DNA of 61,149 nucleotides, the filler included, from Sphacelaria rigidula (taxonomy: Eukaryota), in the NCBI GenBank assembly GCA_964200075.2. It is 7 parts of 7 records of this genome, joined end to end, with 100 filler letters (N's around TTAATTAATTAA, not from the genome) between each part and the next. Parts side by side here need not be neighbours in the genome. Positions count along the whole stretch, not along the records: positions 8,752 to 17,402 come from CAXNAA020010484.1; positions 17,503 to 26,152 come from CAXNAA020010485.1; 5 more parts are not named here. The stretch is one strand, 5' to 3'. The notes below the pieces were generated by a model, which was given only the letters and a program-made list of their open reading frames with translations, made no database searches and was not told the origin of the DNA. Below are positions 12,301-23,700 of this stretch, one piece after another; the stretch's first letter is position 1; the number at the start of each line of letters is the position of its first letter. Both the position numbers and the translations under genes were made by a program.

Positions 12301-15300
12301 TGGTCCGTTGCAGTTGCGAAAAAAATGGGTCGCGGTCATGCGATATATGTATTCAAGGCAAATACACCGAAGCTCTCGTTGAAGTAGAATCGGGAGAAGG
12401 GACAAGAAGCAGAATGATATGAAGCAAACATAGTGTGCGGAAATAGACGTCACGGGTAGCTAGTAACGACCCCCAGCTAACCCTCGAGATGTCCCTGTCA
12501 GTGGTCAGTAGATGATGATTGGGTACTACCTTTTCGGCTATATCTAACGCCACGTCTGTTACTGTTGTGTATTCCCTCTTCCCCGTTACACCGCCACCAC
12601 AACGTGGATTTACAGGGTCGACTGTCAAAGGAAGCGAATCCCTCCGACAAAAGTCAATATCTTCGCGCAGTACGTGACCCGAGTCCGCTCGTGCATCCAC
12701 CTCGTCATATGCATGTCGCCGATTGGATCGGCCTTCAGAGATCGCCTACGCATGTTTCCTTCCCTGGTAAACTGCTGCACCATCGGTGAGGAAAAGAAAG
12801 AAAAAATAAGGAGACTCTAGCCCTGCTGTATTCGAGGTGTTATTGACGGGTTTGCTTTTCCCCTCTGCAGTCTCCGAATATATGCCAACAAAATATCTCG
12901 TAGACAAACGTGAGAGCAAAATATTGAGTCTGTTCAGGAAATAAATCAATTTGCAGCCGTTTCATGCGGTTGTGTTTTTGGAGAGGGAAAACGTTGTTCG
13001 TCCCCATATATTCGGACATTTAACACGGACGTCAGCCCCCAAGTAGGGAATATCATCACCACACGCCTTCGACACTTGGCAGAACCTCACCGAGAGGATT
13101 CTAGTCCACTAAACCGGTGAGCTTGGCTGCAAGATTTCCTTGCCTATAGAAGAGTGGTGACAACCCCGTCGAACAAAGGGGCGGGAGATTGGCCTGTGTA
13201 GCTTGGCCGCCGACAAGCACAGCACCTACCTTCTCGACGACCGGATGGTGTAGATGGAGCTTCTATCGGACAGTCCGCACCGCCGATACTACACAGGGAG
13301 CTTTACGTGCATGGCCACTCACGAAATCCTCCTATTGTAGTATCGGCGCTGCGCACTGTCGGACAGCTGCTTGAACTGCACCAGCCGACTTATGAGAAGG
13401 TTTGTACTGTGCTAGTCAGCGGCCAAGCTACACAGGCTAATCTCTGCCCCGTTCTCTCCCGTGTTCCGCCCGATAGTCGCCGCTCTTTGATGGGCAACTA
13501 TGGACGGGATCACGGGCTTTCAAATAGTACTTCGGACCCGCCCATCTGGTATTATTCTTGTCCTTGGTGAGCTGGTGTACCATCAACTAGCGGGAATATT
13601 CACGGTAGAGGTCTATCATGCGAACACGGCTAGACCCATGGTTGGTCAGTTGAAGTGCGACAATCAATCAATTACTCAATTCATCACTTCAGGGAAACTC
13701 AGGTGCAAATTTCAGATTATCGGCTATTTCTGTCGAACATTCTAGTGCCGAGGGATAGAGGGCTCATATGGCGGATCTAGCGAATCTCTCAAGTTTCGTT
13801 GTACGTTAACTGGATGCTCGTTGCTATCGTTTTTATTTCATTTGATATCGGAAGGCATCGTCGACAAGCAACACTCTGGTTAGGCCGGCTCTCTCGCAGT
13901 CGTGTATACAGTTCATGAAAAACTTACAGATGGGTTCGAGAATGCCAGATGTCGCTGCTGCAAGCACATGCACTGACGTAAGCGTGTGTCGCCCGCTCGC
14001 ATCGCGCCGGATTCTTCCAGACTGGTATACGGAGTGGCCGGCGGAAGCTCTGAAGGGCGTCGCAATGGCCATGATGACGGAGACCGACCTTCAGCTAGGA
14101 GAAGCATTAGAAGGCATCGTTGAGATGTTCAGGTGCAGGCGTAGTTGACGGTTGGCGGATACACACTGACCGAGGAAGAGTTGTGCGTTCAATAGTGTCT
14201 ACGATACCTATTCAATTACAGTTCTCAAAATCTCGTGTGCAGCCGTGCGCGTGCACGCTGTTCAGGACGATGTGAAGCGCAGGTGTCAAAAATCACTGTA
14301 CGCGTACCTTTTGTTGAGCGATGTATGGTCGATTCCCTTCGCTACCGTTGAGGTTTGGAGTGGCCTTGGGAACACTCTGTGACTCTCCCCCCTCCGGTAT
14401 TCTGGTGCCTTTCAGTTTTTTTGCTGGCTCACCGACGCTAAATAATACCTCCAACATGGGCCCGTAGCCTGAGGTCAAGTTCAACACCTTTGACACAAGT
14501 ACCCCACGTTTGCGCCAGGCGACCTTCATGGTAAATCGTCCAGGCGCCCCACGATCGTATCTTCTATCTTCTTGCCCGCTGCTGTACTGGTTACCCGTTG
14601 CGGAAGTTGGGTCCAGCCGGTCTCACATCGGTACTCGTAATCGCGCGAATCGTTGAGTGGCTCTGCCATGGCGAAGGCATAGGGCTGTCGATGGCAGCAT
14701 CGTATGTTATAAGCAATGCGTTCAGTGATGATTCGTCGGCAAAGGAGGCGTTACTTTCGCTCCCCGTGTGCAAAAGACCCGCGATAAAAGCTACGGATTT
14801 CACAATGCGGGGGCTGGGCCTGATATATCACAGAAGGGGACTTGCAGCCTCCTCGGATACCGCACAGCTTTCAACTGTATCGCACATAAACTGACTTGGA
14901 TGATTACCAGGCTCTTGAAATGGCCTCAAGAACACAAGTCTCGCGTTCACGTACGCCAACAAACGCACGACGATTTTTCCCTGCGCTTTGTTTGGGTGTC
15001 AGGGTGGTGCACCAGTCGGTGGAGTCCGTGGGCAAGGAGTTCTATGCACTGTTGCGTAGGCGTGTGTGGGTTACTCCCATGAGTTATCTCGAGCTGCTAG
15101 GATCCTTCAAGCGCCAGTTAGCGAAGAAGCGCGCTGATGTCGGGAGGAATCGTTCGCGTCTCCAGGTAGGTACTCCTCCGTTACGTCTCCCACGTACTTC
15201 CCAGCAAGCCTGGGTGTGTTTGCAGAAGAGTCACGAACCATGCTAATGTGTTCAAGGCGGGGTACATCGTGAGCAATCTCATCCATCGAAGATCCATAGG

Positions 15301-17402
15301 TCAAGCTATGGCCTCGGCAAACTGATGTGTCAATATCTACCTCTTTTCCTTTTTGGCGGAGAACTGTTGACTTCCCGGGTGGGAGCAGAACGAACAGCGT
15401 GGGAAACGTACAGCTCCCCTGAGCTCGGTACGCGGTTGACCGCAGCTACCTTCGACTTCCGTTGCTATCCTTGGCGATACTCAGCACTTGAAGAACTGCA
15501 GCAAGTGGAAAAAGAAGGAATGCGGTATTGGATGGATCCATTTTTTTCAATACGCCACATGGAATCAAAATCCACTTATATCAAAGCCGAGTTGTGTGGT
15601 AAACATCGTCTTGTCGTGTTATACACATTACCACTGCTGCACCGCCCCAACAAGGTTCTTCAGACGAGAACCAGGATGAAATTGAGAGAGGGTGGAAAAT
15701 CAACACAGGGCGGATTCATTTGCTATCAACCTTGTTTACACAATCATCTCATTCGACACGTCTACAGCATCAACTTTTACGTCCTATTGTTTCAGCTGTC
15801 ACATTTTTACGTATTTCAACTCACTGAATAGCTGCCGGTGGTCAGTCAAGTAGATCATGCCGCGTGATCCCCGCACCATGCATATCAGCGCACGCTTCGT
15901 TTCCCTCCGTACCAAACTATTTTTCATTAGTACAGTCCCCACTTTTATGATTCGACGTTGTAAGTATTTCTGAGGCTTCTAAGAGAAACTGTACGATACG
16001 GCAGGATCCGTTTCGAACCACATCTGAGTGTCCCTGCAAAGAGCAGATTTCATTCGAATTCTCTCGCGGTCAACTGAACACACGTATTGACACCGCGACG
16101 GAGCGGATGCATTAACATACAAGCTCACAACACATGTGCGAGATCTTGCATCTCACTTACGAACCCATTTGGTTCATGCAATCAACCACCTCCCTACCGT
16201 AGGGCCGCTTTCACAGGACGTTCCAAGATTGTTGACGACAAATGCAACTGAAATCCGAATGTATGTTGAGCCATCCCGTGACATGTATGTCCTTTTGAGC
16301 TCATTCGTGCCAACTCGTGCATTCGTGGCTTGATTCGTACTCGACTCTGCGCAGTACTAGTGTTCAAATCCGGTCATGCATGCGTACACGAGCGTCTCCG
16401 TGAAGATGGAAAGTGCGAGTTACCGGCAGTAGGGTTTCCCGAATAGCGGCATAAGCCAAATTCTCCACGGTAGTCCAGCGGCACATGACGATCAAAGCCG
16501 TGCAATTGCCAACACGTGGTGTTGCTGCAGGTTGGCCTCGACAAGCTCAGCAGCACCAAGGAGGTTGTCGCGACTCTACAGGAGGAGCTGACCGTACTTC
16601 AGCCGCAGCTCGTTGTCACCATGAAAGAGGTATCGGGTGTATAGGCACTTTTCATATCAACATACTTCCAAGTGTGTACTTGTGGGCTTCATCACTTGCG
16701 AGTACTGCACATAGCAACGAACATTGTCCATTATTTCCATGGTATCAATAAATAGTGGATTCTCGACAATGGGGTTGAAAAAAGAATGAGGTTCAACTCA
16801 AAAGCTGTGCTTTCTCTGACCTAAATTCAAGACGATTGACTCTCATACGGACGACCTCATCCCTCCCGACCTCCCCAAAACTATCTCGGGGGGTTTCTAC
16901 CCTTTCGTTCCTCCAAAGGGTATGTGCGAAAGCACGCTTTTGCCTCGATTTCGGGGTGGAAAAAGGACCTGTTTTGGCCCCAAAATCGTGCTTTCGAACA
17001 TACCCTTTGGGGGAACGGAAGGTTAGAAATCCTCTGGAATAGTTTTAGGCAGGTCGGAAAGGATGGGGTCGTCCGTATGAAACTAATGTTTTATGAATTT
17101 AAATAAGGAAAGCACGGGTTTTGAGTTGAACTTCATTTTATTTTTTAACCTCATTTTCGAGAATCCACTGTATCCTGTACATTGGTTATGCACAGGCGCA
17201 GACGGACTCATTCATTATCCCGTTTGATAGGTGGATTGCGTTGACCTATTCTCCTAGTTCTACTTCACCGACGGTAACCGTGATCGCCGCGAGGGCTTCG
17301 TCGCGTGCAAGGAGTGCGAAAGCATGGGTGATGTTGTGCGTATCCACCCCTACGGGAACCGTCACGTATTGCTATTCAACAGGTGGAGGACATGATGGTT
17401 CA
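9096..17402 (+). CDS. Axonemal dynein heavy chain (inner-arm DNAH1/3/7-like), partial: AAA4 P-loop region to start of stalk coiled coil; join(9096..9308,10208..10311,11164..11280,12616..12785,14021..14132,15003..15165,16531..16629,17383..>17402)
   Basis: Manual splicing at CAG/GT sites gives one open, phase-consistent frame: TTINQYLSDHNGESKQPMPLVMFLDAIEHVSRVSRILRQPQGNALLLGVGGSGRQSMTKLA...EDINNILNAGDVPNLY...CMSPIGSAFRDRLRMFPSLVNCCTIDWYTEWPAEAL...VTPMSYLELL...GLDKLSSTKEVVATLQEEL. These are hallmark dynein HC motifs. Truncated at both contig ends; paralogue cannot be fixed by eye. Confidence 0.96.
10208..10311 (+). CDS. Dynein heavy chain exon VEISKGYGVADWREDVKKCLLGAGLKNKPTTFLF
   Basis: ctcag| acceptor, ag|gtagac donor; phase 0-2. 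Confidence 0.93.
11164..11280 (+). CDS. Dynein heavy chain exon DVQIVNEVMLEDINNILNAGDVPNLYAPEDLDSIMTAC
   Basis: ttcag| acceptor, ag|gtagtt donor; phase 2-2. Confidence 0.94.
12616..12785 (+). CDS. Dynein heavy chain exon VDCQRKRIPPTKVNIFAQYVTRVRSCIHLVICMSPIGSAFRDRLRMFPSLVNCCTI
   Basis: tacag| acceptor, g|gtgagg donor; phase 2-1; this frame is absent from the ORF track. Confidence 0.94.
13178..13450 (+). ncRNA. Candidate intronic miRNA/hairpin-RNA precursor in dynein intron
   Basis: ~125-bp inverted arms, nearly no indels, symmetric mismatches, ~10-nt terminal loop. Confidence 0.5.
14021..14132 (+). CDS. Dynein heavy chain exon WYTEWPAEALKGVAMAMMTETDLQLGEALEGIVEMF
   Basis: tccag| acceptor, ag|gtgcag donor; phase 1-2. 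Confidence 0.93.
15003..15165 (+). CDS. Dynein heavy chain exon VVHQSVESVGKEFYALLRRRVWVTPMSYLELLGSFKRQLAKKRADVGRNRSRLQ
   Basis: gtcag| acceptor, cag|gtaggt donor; phase 2-0. Confidence 0.94.
16531..16629 (+). CDS. Dynein heavy chain exon VGLDKLSSTKEVVATLQEELTVLQPQLVVTMKE (stalk CC1 start)
   Basis: tgcag| acceptor, gag|gtatcg donor; phase 0-0. Confidence 0.93.
16753..17170. mobile_element. Tc1/mariner-type MITE in dynein intron
   Basis: ~50-bp TIR (T/C)AGTGGATTCTCGA..TTCAACTCAAAA and TA at the right flank; a related end lies at 52501..52548. Confidence 0.75.
17383..17402 (+). CDS. Dynein heavy chain exon start VEDMMV, cut by contig end
   Basis: caacag| acceptor, phase 0; fits the expected stalk continuation; only 20 nt visible. 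Confidence 0.7.
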
Positions 17403-17791
17403 NNNNNNNNNNNNNNNNNNNNNNNNNNNNNNNNNNNNNNNNNNNNTTAATTAATTAANNNNNNNNNNNNNNNNNNNNNNNNNNNNNNNNNNNNNNNNNN
17501 NNTGGTGGCTTGTTTTACAGCGCCGTTGCCACTCGACGCCAACCCAAGAGTCTAGAGGTGAGGGGGAGTATTGCGCAGGTTGAAGGCCTGCTCGTGTACC
17601 TTTTTGTGCTACCCAGCCGCATTAGGGTTCCAACACGCAACCTTCGAACTGATACGACTTACAATCGATCGGAAACAAGTACCGTATGTCAGTTGCTCAT
17701 TGCTTGCCATCGCTGTCAAAGTGTGTGCGTGAATATATTCGTTGTCATCATCGGGTAGCGACCAATTATTGCCTTGGACAAAGGTGAACAC

Positions 17792-18010
17792 CAGGACTTG
17801 TCACGAAACTCCGGGACGGGACGGGACGGGACGGGAAATTCCGTTTACCCGAAGACCATGGAACGGGATGTGGCCATTTCCCCGTTGTCGTAAACCCAAC
17901 GGGATGAGACGGGACTGGACAGGATTCGTTGTCTCGTCCCGTCTCGCTCTGTAATTACGAAAGTATTCCCGTGAACTTTTGCTGTCCCGTCCTTTCCTAT
18001 CCTCACGGCA
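17792..18010. repeat. GGGAC/GTCCC subterminal-repeat element fragment
   Basis: (CGGGA)n followed by inverted GTCCCGT motifs. Confidence 0.55.
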
Positions 18011-20478
18011 TTGTGTGTGTGACCCCCCGCGGAACGAGCACGATAAGATTATAATAATCCAGTGCAACGGTGCTTGGACACGTTCACAGGGAAGGATGGA
18101 CGGGTGTTGACGTACAATATCCGAGCACGATACAAATGCGCTCTCAAGTGAATTCCGTCGGTCCTTGGACACATACCCATTCATTCTCCTCTCTTCATTA
18201 CATGCACAGGAAATACCTCGCGACTCGTTCGGAATGCTCCCCAAAACATGAAATGCACGAGTGCCCCGAATACTTCCGCGATTATCACCAGTCCAACGCA
18301 GTCCCTTCCACGCTGATAATATTTCATCTTCAGCTCACGCACCCTTTCCCTCCCGATGATGTGTTTCATCCAACGATGACCGGCAAACATAGTAGTAGTA
18401 GTGCAGGATTTTGTGACCATTGGTTGTCTCGTGACACCTTCAAAGCAACGTGTTTTTATGGCACGAAGATGAGTGTCCCCTCACTTGCAGCCAGATACCC
18501 GGAGGATGAACGCTATATCAACTCCCCACCCCTCTCTCCCCTAATCCGGCCCTGAATACGAGACTTCGTATACCCGTTGTCGGGGACAAAAGCTCCCTGC
18601 AATGATCCCAATATTGCGGATTTCTACCGTTGGATGGCCAGCACGCGCAAGATGTATTTATACCAACTGTGTTAATACAGTACTGGAGGTGCACCACACC
18701 ACGGCACCAGCGAGCAGGAGGGACCAGCATGCGTCGTGAAGAGGAGATTTACGGTTCATCAAAGGAGAAAAAAAAACAAGTTGGCACAACAAGGAAGATG
18801 AACAACAAAATCTCTTGGCACGTATGTTGCCTGAAAAGACCCACATGTGCAAGTACTGCAATAGCACACCTTATCAGAATTATCCATGTGCGGCTCTACA
18901 CCCTAGCAGTACTTCGGGCGCAACAAACGCAGACCGCGCACGTGAGCGAACACCGCTGTGAAAACAATCATGACGATACAACATGAATTCCCCATGATAC
19001 AGTGTAATATTAAAGCACTGCCCGCAAGCGGAACATAGATTCCATGCAGCTACCCACCTCTACGCATCTCCCGCGCGTATGCACACATCACAACAACAGA
19101 TAGCGCGCACTGCTTTTTTAAAACAGTGACAAGAAGGAAACATTATCTTTGGACCCTCGACACACTGTGGTGACCAACTCATTACCATAAGTCCCTATTT
19201 CGAGAGTGCACAGCGGAGCACCACCCTCATAGCCAGCGACTCATAACAGCCCCTGACGTTTGTTCGTGTCCTGTTTCTCCCCAATCGATGTCGCTAACCT
19301 CTTGGCACTCCCGCCCGTGTCCTCCCCACGCATAAACAAAGGCATACTCCTTTGCCATGTGCTTCATCCACCGCTTTTGAACACGAGGAAAACACCGCAT
19401 CGCTTTATTCAATGGTATTACAATCATGAACATTTTTTCGTCTGTGGTCTAATTTCCCAACGACACATGTTACTTTAGCCACAAACTGAAAAGTCGTAAA
19501 AGCAGATTCGAGTCTTGGGGCCTGTCACCTAAGGAAAAAGAGACAAAATCACGTTTGGACCAAGAAGCTGAGCTTGAGCATGACGTATGTCCGTAACGCC
19601 AAACGAACGCGTATCACCGTGCGCACTAGTACATCACCTCGAGAGCGAATAATGCTACATTCACCAGACTATGTAACCCTGGTCGCGCTGCTAGCAATCA
19701 GCCTCCCCGCATCACACTCTTCGGGTAATGTTGAGCTAGGTCCGTCGCCGCCAGGTAAAATTTAGCGTACGCCCAAAATCGTCCAATAAATCTGTCACTA
19801 CCGCTATTTTACTGATCAACAAGATGAAGACATCGCGGTGGCTGTTGCTTCACACGTCACCTCTACGATTCCTTCCGTGTTTTTCGAAGCTGATGCACAT
19901 CGCCAAAGGCGTCACACAGTTCCCAACTATCGTGTCTCAAGAGGCACTATCAACAGGACTCCCTGTACCCCTGACGACGACACAACGTCAGGATGCGCTA
20001 CCACCGTCGGCCAGCCACCTCACCTACCCGTGTCTCCAACCACGCACACGGCTTACGCTCTTCGTACAAGCCCTCCTCGCCCCAGCCCCCTATCCGGGTT
20101 GGGGAGAATGGTGCGGGGTTGCCACTCCTCCGTCATCAACCGAGTCACCAACTATCATGTTCAGAATCAGCCTTACAGTTCGTGCCCCCACCCGATTGGT
20201 AACATCCAGCAATTCCACAAACAGCCGAAATGTCCAAGTTGCACTTGAACAAAATCCGTTCTGGCGTTGACATACCCACTATCAACTCGCATTACATATT
20301 CATGTTTCATTGGGCCATCTAGTCCAAGATACTCTGCATAGGGTTGCGCAGCACCGCCTGAAGAACTAGAGCGTTGTATGCAGGAATTGTCCGTATTGGA
20401 ACGAAGCAAATTTTGACATCACGACCACACCCACCTAGTCGTGTAGCCTTACTCAAAAACTACCGGTCATTTGGGAGC

Positions 20479-20479
<1 letters not shown>

Positions 20480-20512
<33 letters not shown>
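20480..20512. repeat. (CA)n microsatellite
   Basis: Visible directly. Confidence 0.9.
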
Positions 20513-20513
<1 letters not shown>

Positions 20514-20752
20514 CCCCACCGATCTCCAGCGACTCGCCACCACATGTTTCACGTTCTGAAGAATGACGTTTCGATTCAGACGTCCCTCCTGCTGCACGCA
20601 TCGTAGCTCTGTTCAACCTCCCAATATAATATGCTGTGTTCCATTCTTTAAACGTCAGTGCACAGGGTGCCGTCGTCCCGGTGTGTCGTCGTTATTTCCG
20701 CCGCTTGTGGGCGCTGGAGTCTGTGCCCTGTCTCCTGCGGGGTCTCACTTAC

Positions 20753-23700
20753 ACTACAGGGGCTCCCCGCCCCGCTCCCGCCAGAATTTTTCACCCTCGG
20801 AGTCCCCGAGACGTGGGGTATCATCGGACCCGACTCCGCCACCGTCGGTCCCATCATTCCTCCCCCAAACCCCGGAGACCCCTCAAAGCCGGATGGGAAA
20901 GCGCCAGATGGAGAACCGCATGCGGAGGTTCCAAATGTGCCGTGATGCTGGTCTTGTCCAACATCACTGGAGGACAGCCCTTGCCGCCTAATGTACGGAA
21001 TTGGGATGTTGCGGAAGGGACAGAGGGAAGGGGGGGACAAGGTATAGCTCCATGACATCATCACAATCCAGAGCGGTGGAAGCAAAGGACAGCGTTCAAC
21101 ATACAGTACATGGAGTATGTCCTGATGCTCGCATACACGCTCGAAATACTACAAGAGCTACCTCTGTGAGATGCAGCGCCTCCCTTTGCCACGTAAAGTG
21201 AAGTCTTCCTCGACACCATAACATGCGCCGATATACATGCCCACACACGTCAAAACAACATCATACGACTCTACACGTGTACCAATCTCCCCACGCACCT
21301 GGCTTCCCGACGCGAAACTCCTTTCCGTTGCCGCCGTACTGTCGGATGACCAGACTCCCGCGCTCGACACCCCGTCGCAAATATCCTACGGCGTGCATCC
21401 GGAGACTGCAGTGACAATCCAGACGGTCCACCACCGTTGCTCATTACCTCGGAAGCCGTGCTCGAAACCACCTCCGGGAGTAACGCACTGACGACACTAA
21501 CTGAGTCCATGGGGGATTCTTGTGGGAGTACGTTCGAAGTCCCTCCAGAGGTCGGAGTCGAGGCCCTTGCCGTGGGCGTGCCACTAGCGTCATCGGCCGA
21601 TGAACAGCTGGAGTTGCCCTCACATCGCGTTGCTGATGCTACCTCCGCTGGCACAGCTGAGCCGGTGCCATTCGACGTATTCAAGTCGCCGAAAACGAAG
21701 GTTGCATCCCTAGTGCCAGCAGTAAAATCAAAGACCGCTGAGAATCGCGCCCCGGGGGACCTAGCTTCCACTGCCGAGCTGCCTTCACTGCCCGTGACGC
21801 TTCCTCCTCGTCGAGCAAAGGCTGCTCCCTCGGCCGCGCTGTCGATGGTCGGGGGGCGTGCGTCCCCACCACAAGGCTCGGCGCCGGCAATATCAATTTC
21901 ACCAGCGGGAGCCTTCTGCTGCAATAGACAACGTCCAGTACTCTTTCGTAAGGGGAGCGCAACATCTCCCGATGGAACACCGTCCACCCCGGCTAGCGCA
22001 TTTGCTCTAGCCGGGGGTGCCCCCTGGACAGTAAATGCCACCGAGACCGCCGCATTGGCATCGACAATCCCCCTCGCATCGACGCTGGCGACACCCTCCT
22101 GAAATGCGCAGTCGCGGACTCTAGAAGGTACGGTCACCCCACTCACAACAACCTCCACTCCGCTCAGCGTATTGACCATCGATGGATAACGTCCAGTACC
22201 CTTCTGTAGGAGGGGGGAAACATCTCCTGATGAAATGCCATCTACGCCGGCTAGCCCGCTACCTCCCTGACGTCCACTTGCCGCACCACAACAGATAGTC
22301 TCCTTACGACTCACCCCACCGGTTCCACCGCCGGATGGATCACCTTCATTACCCTCCTGAGGAGGAGAGTCAGCTGCCTCCGACGAGCGATAATCTAACA
22401 TGCCTTGGCCGCTTTCCTCTGCCAAAGTTTCTCCGACGCCGGCAACAGTCTCCGTCCTGGGCGCGGCATCGGTCTCACGCCTCCATGAGGATACACTCCC
22501 AACGGTGTTTTGGGATGGTGACCGGGCATTTTCCAACGCACGCCGACCCGCACCATCTTCATTATCGATATACGCGAAGCACCACTCGGCGAAAGCCGCA
22601 AATCGCATTTCCTCTATAAGCCTCTCGCATATTTCGACGACGCCTGAACAGCATAAACCAGCAGCGGGGCGTGAGCCAACAAGGGACGGTGATGGGCGGT
22701 CAGGTAGGTTTGCTTCGTGCTGCTAGAGCCGGTACTGTAGGTGTTTCGTGGAATTCACGACAGAGTCTGCTGCCCTCTCATGAATATTGATGATCCTGCC
22801 AATGAGCTCATGGAGCCTGTAGAACCACACAAAGAGGCCTTAGAGCATTCCAACTTCGCACGACTAGCACCAACTGTTTTGTATCTCTGTCCCATGGCCG
22901 TACACTCACACCGTGCCTCCCCCTCCGCTCCGAACAGCATAGGTACTTCTCTACATCAAGAAACCGAAAGCGAAACCAGAGTGATTTGCAAGCTTTAACC
23001 AAATAAACACTAGATTCGACGACAACGACCCAACACGAACACATCCGACACCATACAATCAAAGCGATACCGCGATTTACCATAAAACGCCGGGAACACA
23101 AAACCAGGGAGGGATTGCCGCAAGCCACCGTTGAGTAGCAGCAGGCACCTAAAGCCAAGACACAACAACTCGAGCTCTAGCGCTCACCCTTAATTTGCAA
23201 GGCGGGGCACCGTGCCTCCCCCTCCGCTCCGAACAGCATAGGTACTTCTCTCCATCAAGGAACCGAAAGCGAAACCAGAGTGATTTGCAAGCTTTAACCA
23301 AATAAACACTAGATTCGACGACAACCACCCAACACGAACACATCCGACACCATACAATCAAAGCGATACCGCGAAATACCATAAAACGTCGGGGACACAA
23401 AACCAGGGAGGGATTGCCGCAAGCCACTTAAAGCCAAGACACAACAACTCGAGCTCTAGCGCTCACCCTTAATTTGCAAGGCGAGGTCCTCAGTCTCCTC
23501 AACAAGTCCAGGCACGCAGAGTCGAGCTTGGGCCCACACGTGGGCAACTGTATCCCTGGGCTGTTCCCGTAACCTGTGGTCCAGCTCTGTGTGATCATCA
23601 GACAGCAGACAAGCAGCGAGGGGGCAGGGGTTCGTTGCATACGGGTAATGGCACAACTGCGGCAGCGAGACTGAGGTGTTCATACCGACAGCGAAAACAA

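Noticed and set aside
19200-20410. Possible degenerate retroelement ORFs
   Set aside because: Stops in all frames and no diagnostic motif found
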